A DNA stretch of 63,828 nt, filler included, from Octopus bimaculoides (lineage: Eukaryota), in NCBI RefSeq assembly GCF_001194135.2. It is 6 parts of 5 records of this genome, joined end to end, with 100 filler letters (N's around TTAATTAATTAA, not from the genome) between each part and the next. Parts side by side here need not be neighbours in the genome. Positions count along the whole stretch, not along the records: positions 46,812 to 56,559 come from NC_068995.1; positions 56,660 to 63,828 come from NC_069002.1; 4 more parts are not named here. One strand, given 5' to 3'. Position 1 is the first letter of the stretch. Each line of letters opens with the position of its first letter. The notes below the pieces were generated by a model. The model searched no databases. It saw only the letters and a program-made list of their open reading frames with translations, and was not told the origin of the DNA. The position numbers were made by a program, and so were the translations under genes. Shown piece by piece: positions 50,873-63,299 of this stretch.

Positions 50873-51058
50873 TGGTGATGAGCTGTCTGAATGGTTAGCA
50901 TGCCGGGCGAAATGCTTAGCGGCATTCCATCTGTCCTTACGTTCAAAGTCCGTCGGAGTCAACTTTGATGAAACAATTACCAGTAGCGCATTGGGGTCGA
51001 TGTAATCGACTATCCCCACTCCCAATTTCAGGCCTTTTGCCTATATTAGAAAGGATTA
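50873..51058 (+). mobile_element. SINE family 2 copy with core deletion
   Basis: Head and tail align; the CCTTTCATCC core is missing. Confidence 0.75.
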
Positions 51059-52721
51059 TTGTTGTTGTTGTTGTTGTTGTTGTTGTTTGCATTTGTTTTG
51101 TATTTAATTTACCTTTTACTATAGAAATCAGATATAGATTTATAAATGGATGGATAGATGGAGGGTTCGATAGATAGATGGGTTGTTAGATGGGCAGACG
51201 TTCAATTGAAAAAAAAAATGGAAAATAAATAAATTCGAAAGTAATTTGAAGTCATGCATTCACTCATTGGTTCTTTATTTGTCTTGTAAGATAAAAATAA
51301 ATAGAAATTTAAAAAAAAAAAAACCCACACACACACTCGAAAACAAAAAGGAAAAATGTCGAAAATAAAAAATGGTTTCGGGTTTGGTGAAGTGTTGGCA
51401 TGTTTCCTGTTTCTCAACTGCATTAACAGGACATGGTCTCTAGGCCAGCAATAGGCGGCGTGAAGATAGACCAGTCATACAGACGGACAGCTGTAGTGTT
51501 GTTGCTGTTTGTTTATTGTAGATTATTTTAGATTTCAGAAGTAAAAAAAAAAAAAGGAAATGTCTTGTGTAACCATTGATTCCTGTCAGTACGTGATTTT
51601 TGAGAACATGGACAGATTATTGTAGTATGGCGCTGTGGACTACACGTAATGATGGATGAATGGATAGAGAGACAGATAGACAGATAGATAGATTGGTAGA
51701 TAGATAGAGAGATTAATAGGTGCTTAGTTACTCAAGACAAATAGATAGGAGAGAGAGGGATGGATAGATAGAAATACATATCAAAAGATAGAACAGATAG
51801 ATAGATAGATAGACAGATTGGTTGATAGAGAAATTAATGGATGCTTGGAGAGATAAGACAGATAGATGAGAGAGAGAGAAAGAAATACATATCAAAAGAT
51901 CGAATATAGATGGATGATTTTTGATGAGTACAGGGGGAAATGTGAGTGGATGGTTGGCTGGTTAGAGAGACGGGTTGGTGGTCTGTATGTCTGCTAGAAA
52001 GTTGGATCAATTGATTAATGATCAGGATAAATAGCACGGTCACGTGACCGTAGACAAGCTAAATGAGTGGACAGATGGAATGCTAGGTGGACAAGAGGGG
52101 TGGATTGACATAGAGACACAGGCACACATGAGGAGGTATTGTGTCGCTCTCCTTCCCCCAAGGTTCCGATTCCAGTCTTTTCCTCATTTCTGACTCTGCC
52201 GGAGCAGCAAACCATGGAATTCCGTTTTTACCCAGGATTTTTTTTTCTTCTTGTTCAGATCGATTGAATGATATTGAAGCGGAATATCAACCATATCATT
52301 CTCACCAGTTTCGGAAATTGTTGCTGAGATACTACCCCTCTAATCTATTTACTAATCTTTTCCGAATGGATTATTGCTGGACGAGTGAATGGATAAGTAG
52401 GTAGATGGGCTAGTAACTTGGATTCTACGAGATGACGCACAGACAAGGTCGCTCGACTTGCTATAAATATCACCCAAATCTCCCCCAAGTCACACTTTAT
52501 CGTCTCAACTATTGAGCATTCAGATTACTCTGTCAAATATAATGCTTGTTTATTCATTATTCGTTTTGAATTAATCACGCACTATCTTATAGCTTTGGTA
52601 TTTTGTTTATGTGATTATATAGTTTTTAGAATGTCATTGTGGGGTCGGTGTGAGAGGCTGGATCTGGTTGGTTTCACCATAAGCAGGTAGAATATCTGGA
52701 CTGGATATGGACAGTTTAAAT

Positions 52722-53019
52722 CAGGGGTTTTCAAACTGTGGTCCGCGGACCACAGGGGGTCTACAAGGACAAGACAGGGGGTCCGGTCCGTAGACAGCAA
52801 ATACTTTTTATGGGCAATTTGATTTTATATATGGTTTTTAATCGAAATCTTTTAATTGACAATAAACCTATTTGTTAAATACTGTTAAATAAACAAATGT
52901 AAAAATGTTATTTTAAGCAAATATTTATGTATAAATTTCATAAGCGTTTATAAGGGGGTCCCCAAGGTAAAGCCTGGAATATAAAGGGGTCCGCAAGTCA
53001 ACAAGTTTGAAAACCCCTG
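52722..53019. mobile_element. hAT (Charlie-like) MITE, 298 bp, with a perfect 8-bp TSD
   Basis: TIRs CAGGGGTTTTCAAAC / GTTTGAAAACCCCTG; GTTTAAAT at 52714-52721 and 53020-53027. Confidence 0.95.
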
Positions 53020-53374
53020 GTTTAAATGCTAAAACGTTAAAGAGAGGAAGAAATGTATGTAATCAAAGATAATGCTGTACAAGATACAATATACATTATT
53101 AAAAGAGATGGGAGAGTCACAGGTGGTAGGCCATTGATAATAAGCGTGCTCAGTCAGTTCCAGTTTGATGTTTAAATGATGACAATTGGGATTCTCTAGT
53201 ATTTAGTAAGTGAGAGTGGTTGTACAAGCTGCGGCAATCTAACCCCTCTCCCAGATTCACTATTCTTATACGACTCAACAGCAAACACGATACGCACCTA
53301 CTAGTTCATACTATGTTGGTCACTAAAAGAGGAATCGGTAAAGCAGTCGCATGAAGATACCGTTACCCAGGAAT

Positions 53375-53715
53375 GACTGTGTGCTAAGAAGCTTGCTTTT
53401 CAAACGCATGGTTCCTGGTTCAGTCCCACTGCCTGGCACTTTGGGCAAGTGGCTTCTACTATAGCCTCGGTCGACTAAAGCCATGTTAGTGAATTTGGTA
53501 GGCAGAAACTGAAAGTAGCTCGTCGTGTGTGTGTGTTTGTTCCCCGTCACCGCTTGACAGCCAGTGTTGGTGTGTTTATGTCCCCGTAACTTAGCGGTTT
53601 GGCTTCAGCAAAAGAGACCTGTATAAAAATAAAAGTACTAGGGTCAGTTCATTCGACTAAAATTGAAGACGTTAACCCCAGCATGACCGCAGTCTAATGA
53701 CTGAAATAAGTAAAA
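53375..53715 (+). mobile_element. SINE family 3 copy
   Basis: Aligns with 43925-44350. Confidence 0.8.
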
Positions 53716-53827
53716 TGAATTAAAAAAAAAAGGCTTAACTTCTCTAGCGCCACACCAATAGTTGTTTAAAAATGAGAAATTTTTTTTATACCACTCCTGA
53801 TACATGAGGAAATTGTTTTATTTTGGT

Positions 53828-54220
53828 TGTTGTTTTTGGCACTCCGTCGCTTACGACGTCGAGGGTTCCAGTTGATCCGATCAACGGAACAGCCTGCTTG
53901 TGAAATTAACGTGCAAGTGGCTGAGCACTCCACAGACACGTGTACCCTTAACGTAGTTCTCGGGGATATTCAGCGGGACACAATGTGACAAGGCTGACCC
54001 TTTTGAATTACAGGCACAACAGAAACAGGAAGTAAGAGCGAGAGAAAGTTGTGGTGAAAGAGTACAGCAGGGTTCGCCACCATCCCATGCCGGAGCCTCG
54101 TGGAGCTTTAGGCGTTTTCGCTCAATAAACACTCACAACGCCCGGTCTGGGAATCGAAACCGCGATCCTATGACCGCGAGTCCGCTGCCCTAACCACTGG
54201 GCCATTGCTTGCGCCTCCAC
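53828..54220 (-). mobile_element. SINE family 1 copy with 11-bp TSD
   Basis: TTTATTTTGGT at 53817-53827 and 54221-54231. Confidence 0.92.
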
Positions 54221-55463
54221 TTTATTTTGGTACTTCTATGATAAACGAGAGAAGTCGTGGTGGTAAGAGTGGGACTCTTGTAGAAGAAACTGTCTGAGCT
54301 TTTATTAAATCGTCTACTGATCCAGTAGACGAATAGTCAGAAGTGTTCCAACCATGAACATCTCACCTGTTTGTATATCAAGGATTGCATTATTTAATGT
54401 GTTCTTTCTTTATTTAAAAAGATAGGTTTCAGGGAGATTTGGCTGCTATATCTCGCAGGTCGATTAATCTCTCTGGCTGTTTTAGTGATATTGGTGTCAG
54501 GTGTTGGTTGCGAAAACTTTATCAAGTCAGCTGTTATTTCTTCCTTTACCTCTCTAAGCAATCCCTCATGATTTGTGATTAATAAGTGAGTGATTAATCT
54601 CTAATTAATCATGCGTAGTGATAATCTATTTGTAACGATCAGGCAAATACTTATGTATAAAAGGGGTAAACTTCTGATCGCAACAACAGAAAATTGTTCA
54701 AACGGAATTAATATTCAGATTGAAATTATGTAACAACAGTTATAATACCCAAAGAATTTCATGTCCAGCCCTCAATTGTTCAAAGATAGGTGGTGAGCGG
54801 TCCGATCCGTCTGCAGCTCCCTCTCGTATTTTGTACCATCTACGCCCAGTCCTNNNNNNNNNNNNNNNNNNNNNNNNNNNNNNNNNNNNNNNNNNNNNNN
54901 NNNNNNNNNNNNNNNNNNNNNNNNNNNNNNNNNNNNNNNNNNNNNNNNNNNNNNNNNNNNNNNNNNNNNNNNNNNNNNNNNNNNNNNNNNNNNNNNNNNN
55001 NNNNNNNNNNNNNNNNNNNNNNNNNNNNNNNNNNNNNNNNNNNNNNNNNNNNNNNNNNNNNNNNNNNNNNNNNNNNNNNNNNNNNNNNNNNNNNNNNNNN
55101 NNNNNNNNNNNNNNNNNNNNNNNNNNNNNNNNNNNNNNNNNNNNNNNNNNNNNNNNNNNNNNNNNNNNNNNNNNNNNNNNNNNNNNNNNNNNNNNNNNNN
55201 NNNNNNNNNNNNNNNNNNNNNNNNNNNNNNNNNNNNNNNNNNNNNNNNNNNNNNNNNNNNNNNNNNNNNNNNNNNNNNNNNNNNNNNNNNNNNNNNNNNN
55301 NNNNNNNNNNNNNNNNNNNNNNNNNNNNNNNNNNNNNNNNNNNNNNNNNNNNNNNNNNNNNNNNGTACCATCCATAATGTTTTTTTTTTAGTGTAAACCC
55401 TTTGTGATCAACGAAGAAATCATTATTATTATTATTATTATTTTTGCTTTTCATTTTCTCTAG

Positions 55464-55701
55464 AAACAGTAATGTTTTCGGAAGTAAAAAAACTGATGAC
55501 CCGACCCAACTTTTGGCAACATTCCAAGTGACCGAACTCGTCGGAATTGTATCTCTCTTATACGGAATGCTGTTGCACTCAGGGGTCCAAGGTCGTGGTG
55601 ATGTCCCTCCTGCAGTGTTACCTGCCCCAATGCTAGCAGTGACAACTGCTGGTCTTCGAATGTTGAACCACATTGCTACATTGGATTTACAAGTCTTTCA
55701 A
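55464..55701 (+). CDS. SCAPER: Internal exon of S-phase cyclin A-associated protein in the ER (C-terminal region)
   Basis: NSNVFGSKKTDDPTQLLATFQVTELVGIVSLLYGMLLHSG...AVTTAGLRMLNHIATLDLQVFQ aligns with human SCAPER as I recall it (DPTGLTAALQATDLAGVLHMLYCVLFHG...LRFFNSFAALHLPAFQ). Acceptor TTTTCTCTAG, donor GTAAGT; 238 nt, phase 2 to phase 0. Confidence 0.9.
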
Positions 55702-56559
55702 GTAAGTCACCTTTTCCGTACTCTTTTTGTCTTTCTTTTTTTATTCCCCAATTAACACATAGTAGTGTTCTTTCGAACTTTGTACATATAGAATGGCGAG
55801 CGAAGTAAAACAAACCACTGAAAGTGAAACGTAAATAGTCTCTAGAAATCGGCAGGAATTCCCTCAAACTCTTTAGACATTATTATTATCTCTTATATTT
55901 GGCATAAAGACGCCAGATCTTATATCGAACCTATCTCTCACCCTCACCAGATTTGGTAAAGTAAAGCCTTTCACCAGATTTTTCAAATTTAATAACCTAG
56001 CAAACCCACCCGGAAGGCGTTTGTCTAGGACGATAAATTGTTCTGCTAACTACCCCTTTCATGTATGTAATGGAGACAACTTCGTGCTTAGAAAAGGTGA
56101 CAATCCTCTTGTATTGTCCTGAGATCCTCTTGTACAGTCCTAATGGCATTGCGTTTGTAGCCCGTTCTGATGGCAATGTCTTACAAGGACACTCAACTGC
56201 AAAACTATAAACGGACAAGTCGTAGACACCATACGTTGCAGCTCAGCGCAGTTAACCGCCCACCCCCGATGAGGGCAGGAATTCCAAATTAAAAAGTGAT
56301 ACAGGGTAGACGGGATTGATGCGTCCCTGTTGGTTTGTGGCAAAGAAGGGCAATTGGTCGCAGAAACCGTGTTGAAAAATGGATCGTAAAAAAAAAAAAG
56401 GGATGCGGAATCGAGAGCAGAAACATATACAGGGTAGAATGGACTTTATAGTCCAGTCCCCGGCAAGTTCTGTGAGAGCGGGTGGCTCGATGAGCTGCAC
56501 CTAGACAAACATGACAACAAAGTTGGTTGGTTTTACTCTGCCAGACGATACGGACCATG

Positions 56560-56659
56560 NNNNNNNNNNNNNNNNNNNNNNNNNNNNNNNNNNNNNNNNN
56601 NNNTTAATTAATTAANNNNNNNNNNNNNNNNNNNNNNNNNNNNNNNNNNNNNNNNNNNN
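56560..56659. other. Artificial scaffold linker
   Basis: 44 N + TTAATTAATTAA + 44 N. Confidence 0.97.
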
Positions 56660-56935
56660 GATTTTCGAGCGAGATCGTTGCCAGTGCCCCTGGACTGGCT
56701 TGTGCGGGTGGCACATAAAAGACACCATTTCGAGCGTGGCCGTTTTCGTGCGGGTGACACGTAAAAGCACCCACTACACTCTCTGAGTGGTTGGCGTTAG
56801 GAAGGGCATCCAGCTGTAGAAACTCTGCCAAATCAGACTGGAGCCTGGTGTTGCCATCCGGTTTCACCAGTCCTCAGTCAAATCGTCCAACCCATGCTAG
56901 CATGGAAAGCGGACGTTAAACGATGATGATGATGA
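56660..56935 (+). mobile_element. 3' tail of a LINE/SINE family ending in (GAT)n
   Basis: GTGGTTGGCGTTAGGAAGGGCATCCAGCTGTAGAAAC...GGACGTTAAACGATGATGAT; near-identical to 58640-58940, with remnants at about 24590-24630 and 61525-61560. Confidence 0.8.
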
Positions 56936-56967
56936 TATATATATATACAAACACACACATATAGAAT

Positions 56968-58295
56968 CACACTAATAGCTGAGGAGTGAAATTTAGAATT
57001 TGTCGGTTTTCTGTGAGTTGATTTTGATAAAACTTTTCTCACCTGGTTTGCACACTATGGCAACACTATTGTTATGTTTTCATTATTCTGTGTAACATCC
57101 TCTCTTTTTTTAATTTCAGATTCTTCAGTTTTGGGATGAACCACACTAATAGCTTCTGAATGAAAATAGGCCATCTAGACAGTTTTCCTTCAGAAAATGA
57201 AGTGTAATGATGCATATTAAGCATACATTGAGTATATATTTAACAGAAAACCATAATAACATTATAACATTTATTGACATAATGAATCATTTAGCCACAT
57301 GAGCAGCATTTCGACAAATAACTTCAAAAGCCCAATTTCTTAATAGTAGCATGTTGGACTGTCTCCACTGCAGCTTGGATGGTTGCCCATAAGATATCTT
57401 TTGATGTAAATTGGTGACCATCAGCATAAACATCTTGTTTAATGATGGACCAAAGATTTTCAATAGGGTTGAGATCCAGAGGTGCTGGCAGCCACACCAT
57501 CAACCTTTCACTTTGTATGCTGCAAGACTCTAGGAATATTTGTGTGGTCCCAGCAGAGTGGGAGGGAGTATTGTCATGCATGAATACAAGATTCCTTAAA
57601 AGTCTGTCCGCAATGATACCAGCCCACAACATGACTCCTCCACCCTGTTGTTGATGTTGTACATTTTGGTGACACTCATCTCCAAAATAGACCCAACCAT
57701 TTATCCAACCGTCAGGTTCGTCAAGGGTCACCCTGGTTTTGTCAGTGAACAGAACACAATTCATGTCTAACATCATGTACTTTTGGGCCCTCCTGTGAGG
57801 AGGCAGTTTAATGGGTTCCCGCACAGAAGCCATTGCCCTGGGGATGCAATTTCTGGTGGTTTTCAGTACATGAGGAAGTCTGGAGGTGGTGAAAATGGCT
57901 TTGCTTGTTTGTCCAGGTTTTCCACATAACTTGTGGCCAATATTCCTTAAACCCCTAGGTGTCACAACCTTGGAGGTCACACAATCAGATTGTTTCTTCC
58001 TTGGCGCTCTTGTGGCTAAATAATTCATTATGTCAATAAATGTTATAATATTATTATGATTTTCTGTTAAATATATACTCAATGTACACTTAATATGTAT
58101 CACTACTCTTCATTTAATGGAAAAAACTGTCTACATGGGCTATTTTCATTCAAAAGAAATTAGCATGGTTCATCCAAAAACTGAAGAATCTGAAATAAAA
58201 AAGGACATTACACAGAATAATGAAAACATAACAATGGTGTTGCAATCGTGTGCAAACCAGCTGAGAAAAGTTTTATCAAAATCAATTCACAGAAA
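56968..58295 (-). mobile_element. Tc1-family DD37E (TRT-like) element, deleted, with long inverted repeats
   Basis: VLFTDKTRVTLDEPDGW, QQGGGVMLWAGII and FMHDNTPSH-37 aa-E(NPIENLW); 56968-57304 is inverted at 58005-58295 and runs into a gap. Confidence 0.9.
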
Positions 58296-58431
58296 NNNNN
58301 NNNNNNNNNNNNNNNNNNNNNNNNNNNNNNNNNNNNNNNNNNNNNNNNNNNNNNNNNNNNNNNNNNNNNNNNNNNNNNNNNNNNNNNNNNNNNNNNNNNN
58401 NNNNNNNNNNNNNNNNNNNNNNNNNNNNNNN

Positions 58432-58940
58432 TGGACACTAAACTCCGCTTGCGAAGACTTTTTGAGGCAAGTGAAATCGAAATCAAACTAAATTCGACGA
58501 CTGGCACCCATGCCAACGTCGTCTCCTTCATTGGACACGAAACTCAGCTTGCGAAGACTTATTGGGGCAAGCAAAATCGGGATGGCACCTGTGCCCAGCG
58601 TCGCCTTTCTGGCACTTGTGCCTGTGGCATGTGTAAGGATTTTCGAGCGAGATCGTTGCCAGTGCCTCTGGACTGGCTCTTCTGCGGGTGGCACATAAAA
58701 TGCACCATTTTGAGCGTGGCCATTGCCAGCACCGCCTGACTGGCCTTCGTGCGGGTGACACGTAAAAGCACCCACTACACTCTCAGAGTGGTTGGCGTTA
58801 GGAAGGGCATCCAGCTGTAGAAACTCTGCCAAATTAGATTGGAGCCTGGTGTTGCCATCCGGTTTCACCAGTCCTCAGTCAAATCGTCCAACCCATGCTA
58901 GCATGGAAAGCGGACGTTAAACGATGATGATGATGATGAT
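58432..58940 (+). mobile_element. Longer copy of the (GAT)n-tailed family
   Basis: Shares its 3' ~280 bp with 56660-56935; upstream part has an internal repeat TGGACAC.AAACTC.GCTTGCGAAGAC. Confidence 0.75.
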
Positions 58941-58972
58941 ATATATATAGATAAATGAACATATATACTCAC

Positions 58973-59125
58973 TGTGAAAGATAAAACAAGATTAATCATG
59001 CCTTCCTTTTCTTCGCCTTGCCTTCCACTAAGAGGGTACCAGTCATCAACGACATCACCATTCAAGACAGACTGGGGTATTGTGACGTGACACCATGCTA
59101 TCCTATCATCAACAGTAAAAGATCT
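58973..59125 (-). CDS. TOLLIP: Toll-interacting protein exon (end of C2 domain)
   Basis: [51 protein letters not shown]; acceptor ATTTCAG, donor GTGAGT; 153 nt, phase 0/0. Confidence 0.97.
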
Positions 59126-59819
59126 CTGAAATAGATGCAAAAAATAAAGAAATAAATAAATGCAAAGTCTTCATTGTTGAGATTCACATGCTACAAGCAT
59201 GCTAATTATTGTTCTCAGTAAAACAGATTATCATTTTGACATTGAGTTTAAGCCATTTCACGCCAACCCACCCAAGACTACCTCAAGTTCTATGATATGT
59301 AACTGCTTCTTTAAAAATATTCATATTTAAATTATAATTGTCTCTCATAAATTTATTGAAATTATGTTCTACAAATCAAAATTGATAATTTTTTTTGACA
59401 AAGGTTCTAGGCTAGAAGCCATGTGTGAAGGCACGTGGTTCAGTGGTTAGAGCATTGAGCTAACTACATTGAGGTAGTGAGTTTGATCCCTGGACTGGGC
59501 TTGTGTTGTGTTCTAAAGCAAGGTACTTCATTTTCACATTGTTCCAGTTCACTTAGCTGTATTTTGATTCTGCTGCAACTGTCATGTGCCCATAGTTTGC
59601 ACTGACCACACTGTATGGAATTTCTATCTACACCTTGTCTACATATGGAACAGGGCTGTTCATTTGAAGGGATTAGCGTTCTGTCTGTTCTTCTGCTAAT
59701 TAGAATTTTAGTCTTTGCCGAGTTAACTTTAAGACCCTTGGAATTTTAATTCTAATTCTCCTCCACTTTCAGTTATAATAACAAGGTCATTAGCATAGAG
59801 GAGTTCTTATTGATAACCA

Positions 59820-60140
59820 GTCTTAAATTCCAATGTTATGGCCTGGAGGACTATGATAAAATAAAAGGGGACTCATAACCAAACCCTTATGGACTCCTAC
59901 CTGCACACTAAATTCACTCTTGTACTTGTTAACTCTCACTTTGCTAAAGGTACCCCTGTACCTGGCTTGAATGGCTCTCACTAGCCAGTCATCTATTCCT
60001 AGCTTTAACATCAACCACCAGATGAGGGATCGAAGTTTCCAAATGATGTATGTGGAGAACTGGAAACAAATAGCACTGTACATAAAAGTCTCATTCGGAC
60101 AATAGGTCATACAACATGGTAAGATGCATCAAGAAGCCCA
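59820..60140 (-). mobile_element. RTE-like RT fragment in a TOLLIP intron
   Basis: LIWWLMLKLGIDDWLVRAIQARY...KVRVN...SEFSVQVGVHKGLVMSPLLF. Confidence 0.8.
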
Positions 60141-60279
60141 GAATATAGATGTGTGTATGTAAATGTGTGTGAAAAAATATGTTAAACTTCCAAAAGGTAA
60201 GAACCTGAACAAATGTGTACAACTAATTATGCTAACACACTTATTTAGTATAAGAGAAAACAGGCCATCTAAAACTCAC

Positions 60280-60328
60280 CTCATCGAAGATTTCAAGATA
60301 CATACTGTCCACGCCAACTGGAAGGTAA
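60280..60328 (-). CDS. TOLLIP: TOLLIP 49-nt exon
   Basis: (C)YLPVGVDSMYLEIFDE versus human TVPPGVDSFYLEIFDE; acceptor CTGTTCCAG, donor GTGAGT; phases 2/0 join both neighbouring exons in frame. Confidence 0.95.
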
Positions 60329-62110
60329 CTGGAACAGAGTAAAAGAAAAATAATCTCAGATGTTTGATTGTTTCTAATTAATTATCATTAGATCAAGATC
60401 ACACTTTAATTAATAAATAAAAATATTAATGAAAAAGCTATTGTGTAGACATTTTGGTTTCCACAACAATAATTTCATTATCTTCATAATGGATACAGTA
60501 ATACTTTAAGCCCTAAATCTTACAGGAGTAATGCATATAAAAATAGAAACGAAAAAAAAAAAAGAGAGAGAGCAAGAGAGATGGCTGACCACTGTCAAAA
60601 CAGCAAATGAATGATTATAAAATCATATTTTAGAAGGCAAACTTTAAAAGTGCCCAGTCGCATCCAGAATGGTTATGGCTTCACTCTAAGTAACAAGAAT
60701 ATTGTTGGCTAATACCACTTTAGCTCAGCAACTCCTGATATACAGGTAGTTGGCCAGACAACTAGGTCTGGCCCACAGAACTATTGTTCCAGATACACCA
60801 AGCTTCTGACAAGCAGAGGACAATATTGCACACATTCCAATATCCTGAGTAAGTGTGGACATGTTGTCCTCTCTCTTCTGTCCAGTCTATTTCTGGAATA
60901 CCTATAGATTCTGGTGGGGACCACAGCAGATGTGGGTATGGTTGGATGTTAAAGTATGACAAATACATATTCTTCTAATGTTGGGGAAAAAAATGTATTT
61001 TAAAGGATTGTGGAATTCCGAACAGTCACAGCTGAAAGAAAGCCATTAATTCAGCAAAGTAAGAGAAAAGAACATTGGGGGCATTCATCTCCACTCATTT
61101 TCCTGTCTTCTGGTTTTCTCTGCTTATTATTGTAGCTATGAACTTAGAAGTGTCATGGCCAAGTATTAGACTGATCTGCACATAGGTCTTTAATTCAAAT
61201 CTATTGCAAACATTTTGTGTTCTTGTGCTAATCATTACTGTCATGATCATCCAATACCTGCCTTCTGTGCTTGCACTGGGTAAATGATTTATCCCTTTAG
61301 TATTCAGATTACTTTGTCAAGTTTAATGCTTATTTTAATCATGCATCATCTAGCTTCAAAATTTCAATGATGTGATCATATTTTTGTAGAATGACATTGT
61401 TGGTTAGATGTGAGAGGCCAGATCTGGTCTGGATATGGCCAGTTTAAATACTAAAAGGTTGAGAGAATTTGATGAACCAAGAAACCTGTGTCAAGCTCCA
61501 ATGTCTATTCTGGCATGGTCTTTAAGTCTGGATGCTCTCCCTAACACCAGTCACTCAACAGAGTGTCATAGGTGCTTTTTTCTTGGCACTGGCCCTAGTG
61601 AGATTGCTAAGTGGCTTGCAAGATAAGACACCCACTGCAACTGAGTTGGGGTGCAGTATTGAAAGAGCTGGCTTTGTGCTAGGTGTTGAAGTATAACAGA
61701 GGGACAGGAACAAGTGCTTTGTTGTAGAAGAGATACAGGATTACTCCAGCTGGAAAGGTAGGACACATTATTTAAATTACCATAATCTAACTAGTTGTTA
61801 GAAATAGGTACCAGACTGTTATCTGTGATAGACTAGTGGTGTTTTACCACAGAAGCATTTATTTCTCATCCACTAAACACCATAAGACTAGAAACAATCC
61901 AGTGGCCTTTGAAAAGCTGCCACACCTTAGGAGTTTATGTTTTCTATTAGATTATGGCTGCATGGTTAAGAAGTTCACTCTGGAACCATACAGCTTAAAT
62001 TTTATTTCCACTGCATGAACACCATCTGTGTAAAAGTGGTTGGCATTAGAAAGGGAAAGAGAGGAAGAGGGAGAAGAATGAGGAAGACTTTAAAACAAGG
62101 TCATATTTAC

Positions 62111-62244
62111 CACTGAACACATTTATTCCAGGAAGGAAGTTTTGCTCCATTATACGAAGTTGGAGTCTCAAACACCGCATGTCCTACTCGGATGCGACAA
62201 TAAGGGTCCATCTTCATAATGCCATAGTTTTTGGTTAATTGAGC
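62111..62244 (-). CDS. TOLLIP: TOLLIP exon (first part of C2 domain)
   Basis: [44 protein letters not shown]; acceptor TTTCTGATCAG, donor GTAAAT; 134 nt, phase 0/2. Confidence 0.97.
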
Positions 62245-63299
62245 CTGATCAGAAATTAAAAGACATGCAAATTATAACTGGTATATTTAGAAACAGGAAA
62301 GTGGTGCTAGAAACAAGCAACACGAAAGATAAGTTATCAAGAGGACGAAGTTTTAAGTCATGGCTAAATTGCTACACTTTGCACACAATGACAGTATACA
62401 CAGGAAAAGCATGCTCAAGTTAATAATGGAAACAATTCATTAAGAGATAACGCCGGTTACAGCATATGACCAAAATAACCGCTGCAAACATGCTCATTCA
62501 AGGAGCATACTCAGTTGTATATTGTGACAGGAAGGAATTGCTGTTTAGTGGCTGAAAATGCCATAAAGGGCAACCAAATCTTCATATCACATGCCTTAGT
62601 ATCTTTAAAAAACAGAAAGACAAAATGTTGTCCATGATATAAACAAGACGGTCTTAGCCGTAAACCCTTTTATCATGTGTCCACTTGATCAGAGTTGATC
62701 TGCAGCTAAGCAACTACAATTGAAGGAATTTCCACAAGGTCGATCAATCTGCTAGAAATAGCAGCCAAAGCTCAATCACATGACTCTGTACCTCCATCAA
62801 AAAGGAAGGATACATGAGAAAATGTGATCCTTGATATATGAAGTGATGAATGGTCATGGTTTGAAGGCTCTCATCATAAGTGTCTTCAGCTTGGGCTGGC
62901 CTGGGTCTAAACAACAACCATAACTATTTCCAGCCAATGAAGAATCCCCTACTTCAGTGATTTTCAACCCTGCCTCTGTTTTTTTAACTCCTTGACTTGA
63001 TGTATTTTGCTGTTTAACTTCTTACTTCCTCACAAAAATAAGCACTAAATAATCACTATATATAAAAGCTCATGTCACTGCCAAAACATTATCTTTAAGG
63101 TAGCATGTTAGCACTAGAATCACTAAAAGTAGTAGTAGTTGTAATAATAATAATGTTTATAATTTTAGCACAAGTCTAGCCTTGTTGAGGGGAGGAGGCA
63201 AGTACTTGAGTGGTACTTATTGTAATGATGAAGCGTAAAGCTGATCTCAGCAGAATTTGAACTCAGAAAATAAAGAGTTGAAAATAGTAGTATTTCTTT

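Noticed and set aside
52259-52396. 138-nt candidate exon with a strong acceptor on the SCAPER strand
   Set aside because: No resemblance to SCAPER, and its phase-1 end is incompatible with the phase-2 start of the 55464 exon; unsupported without RNA data.
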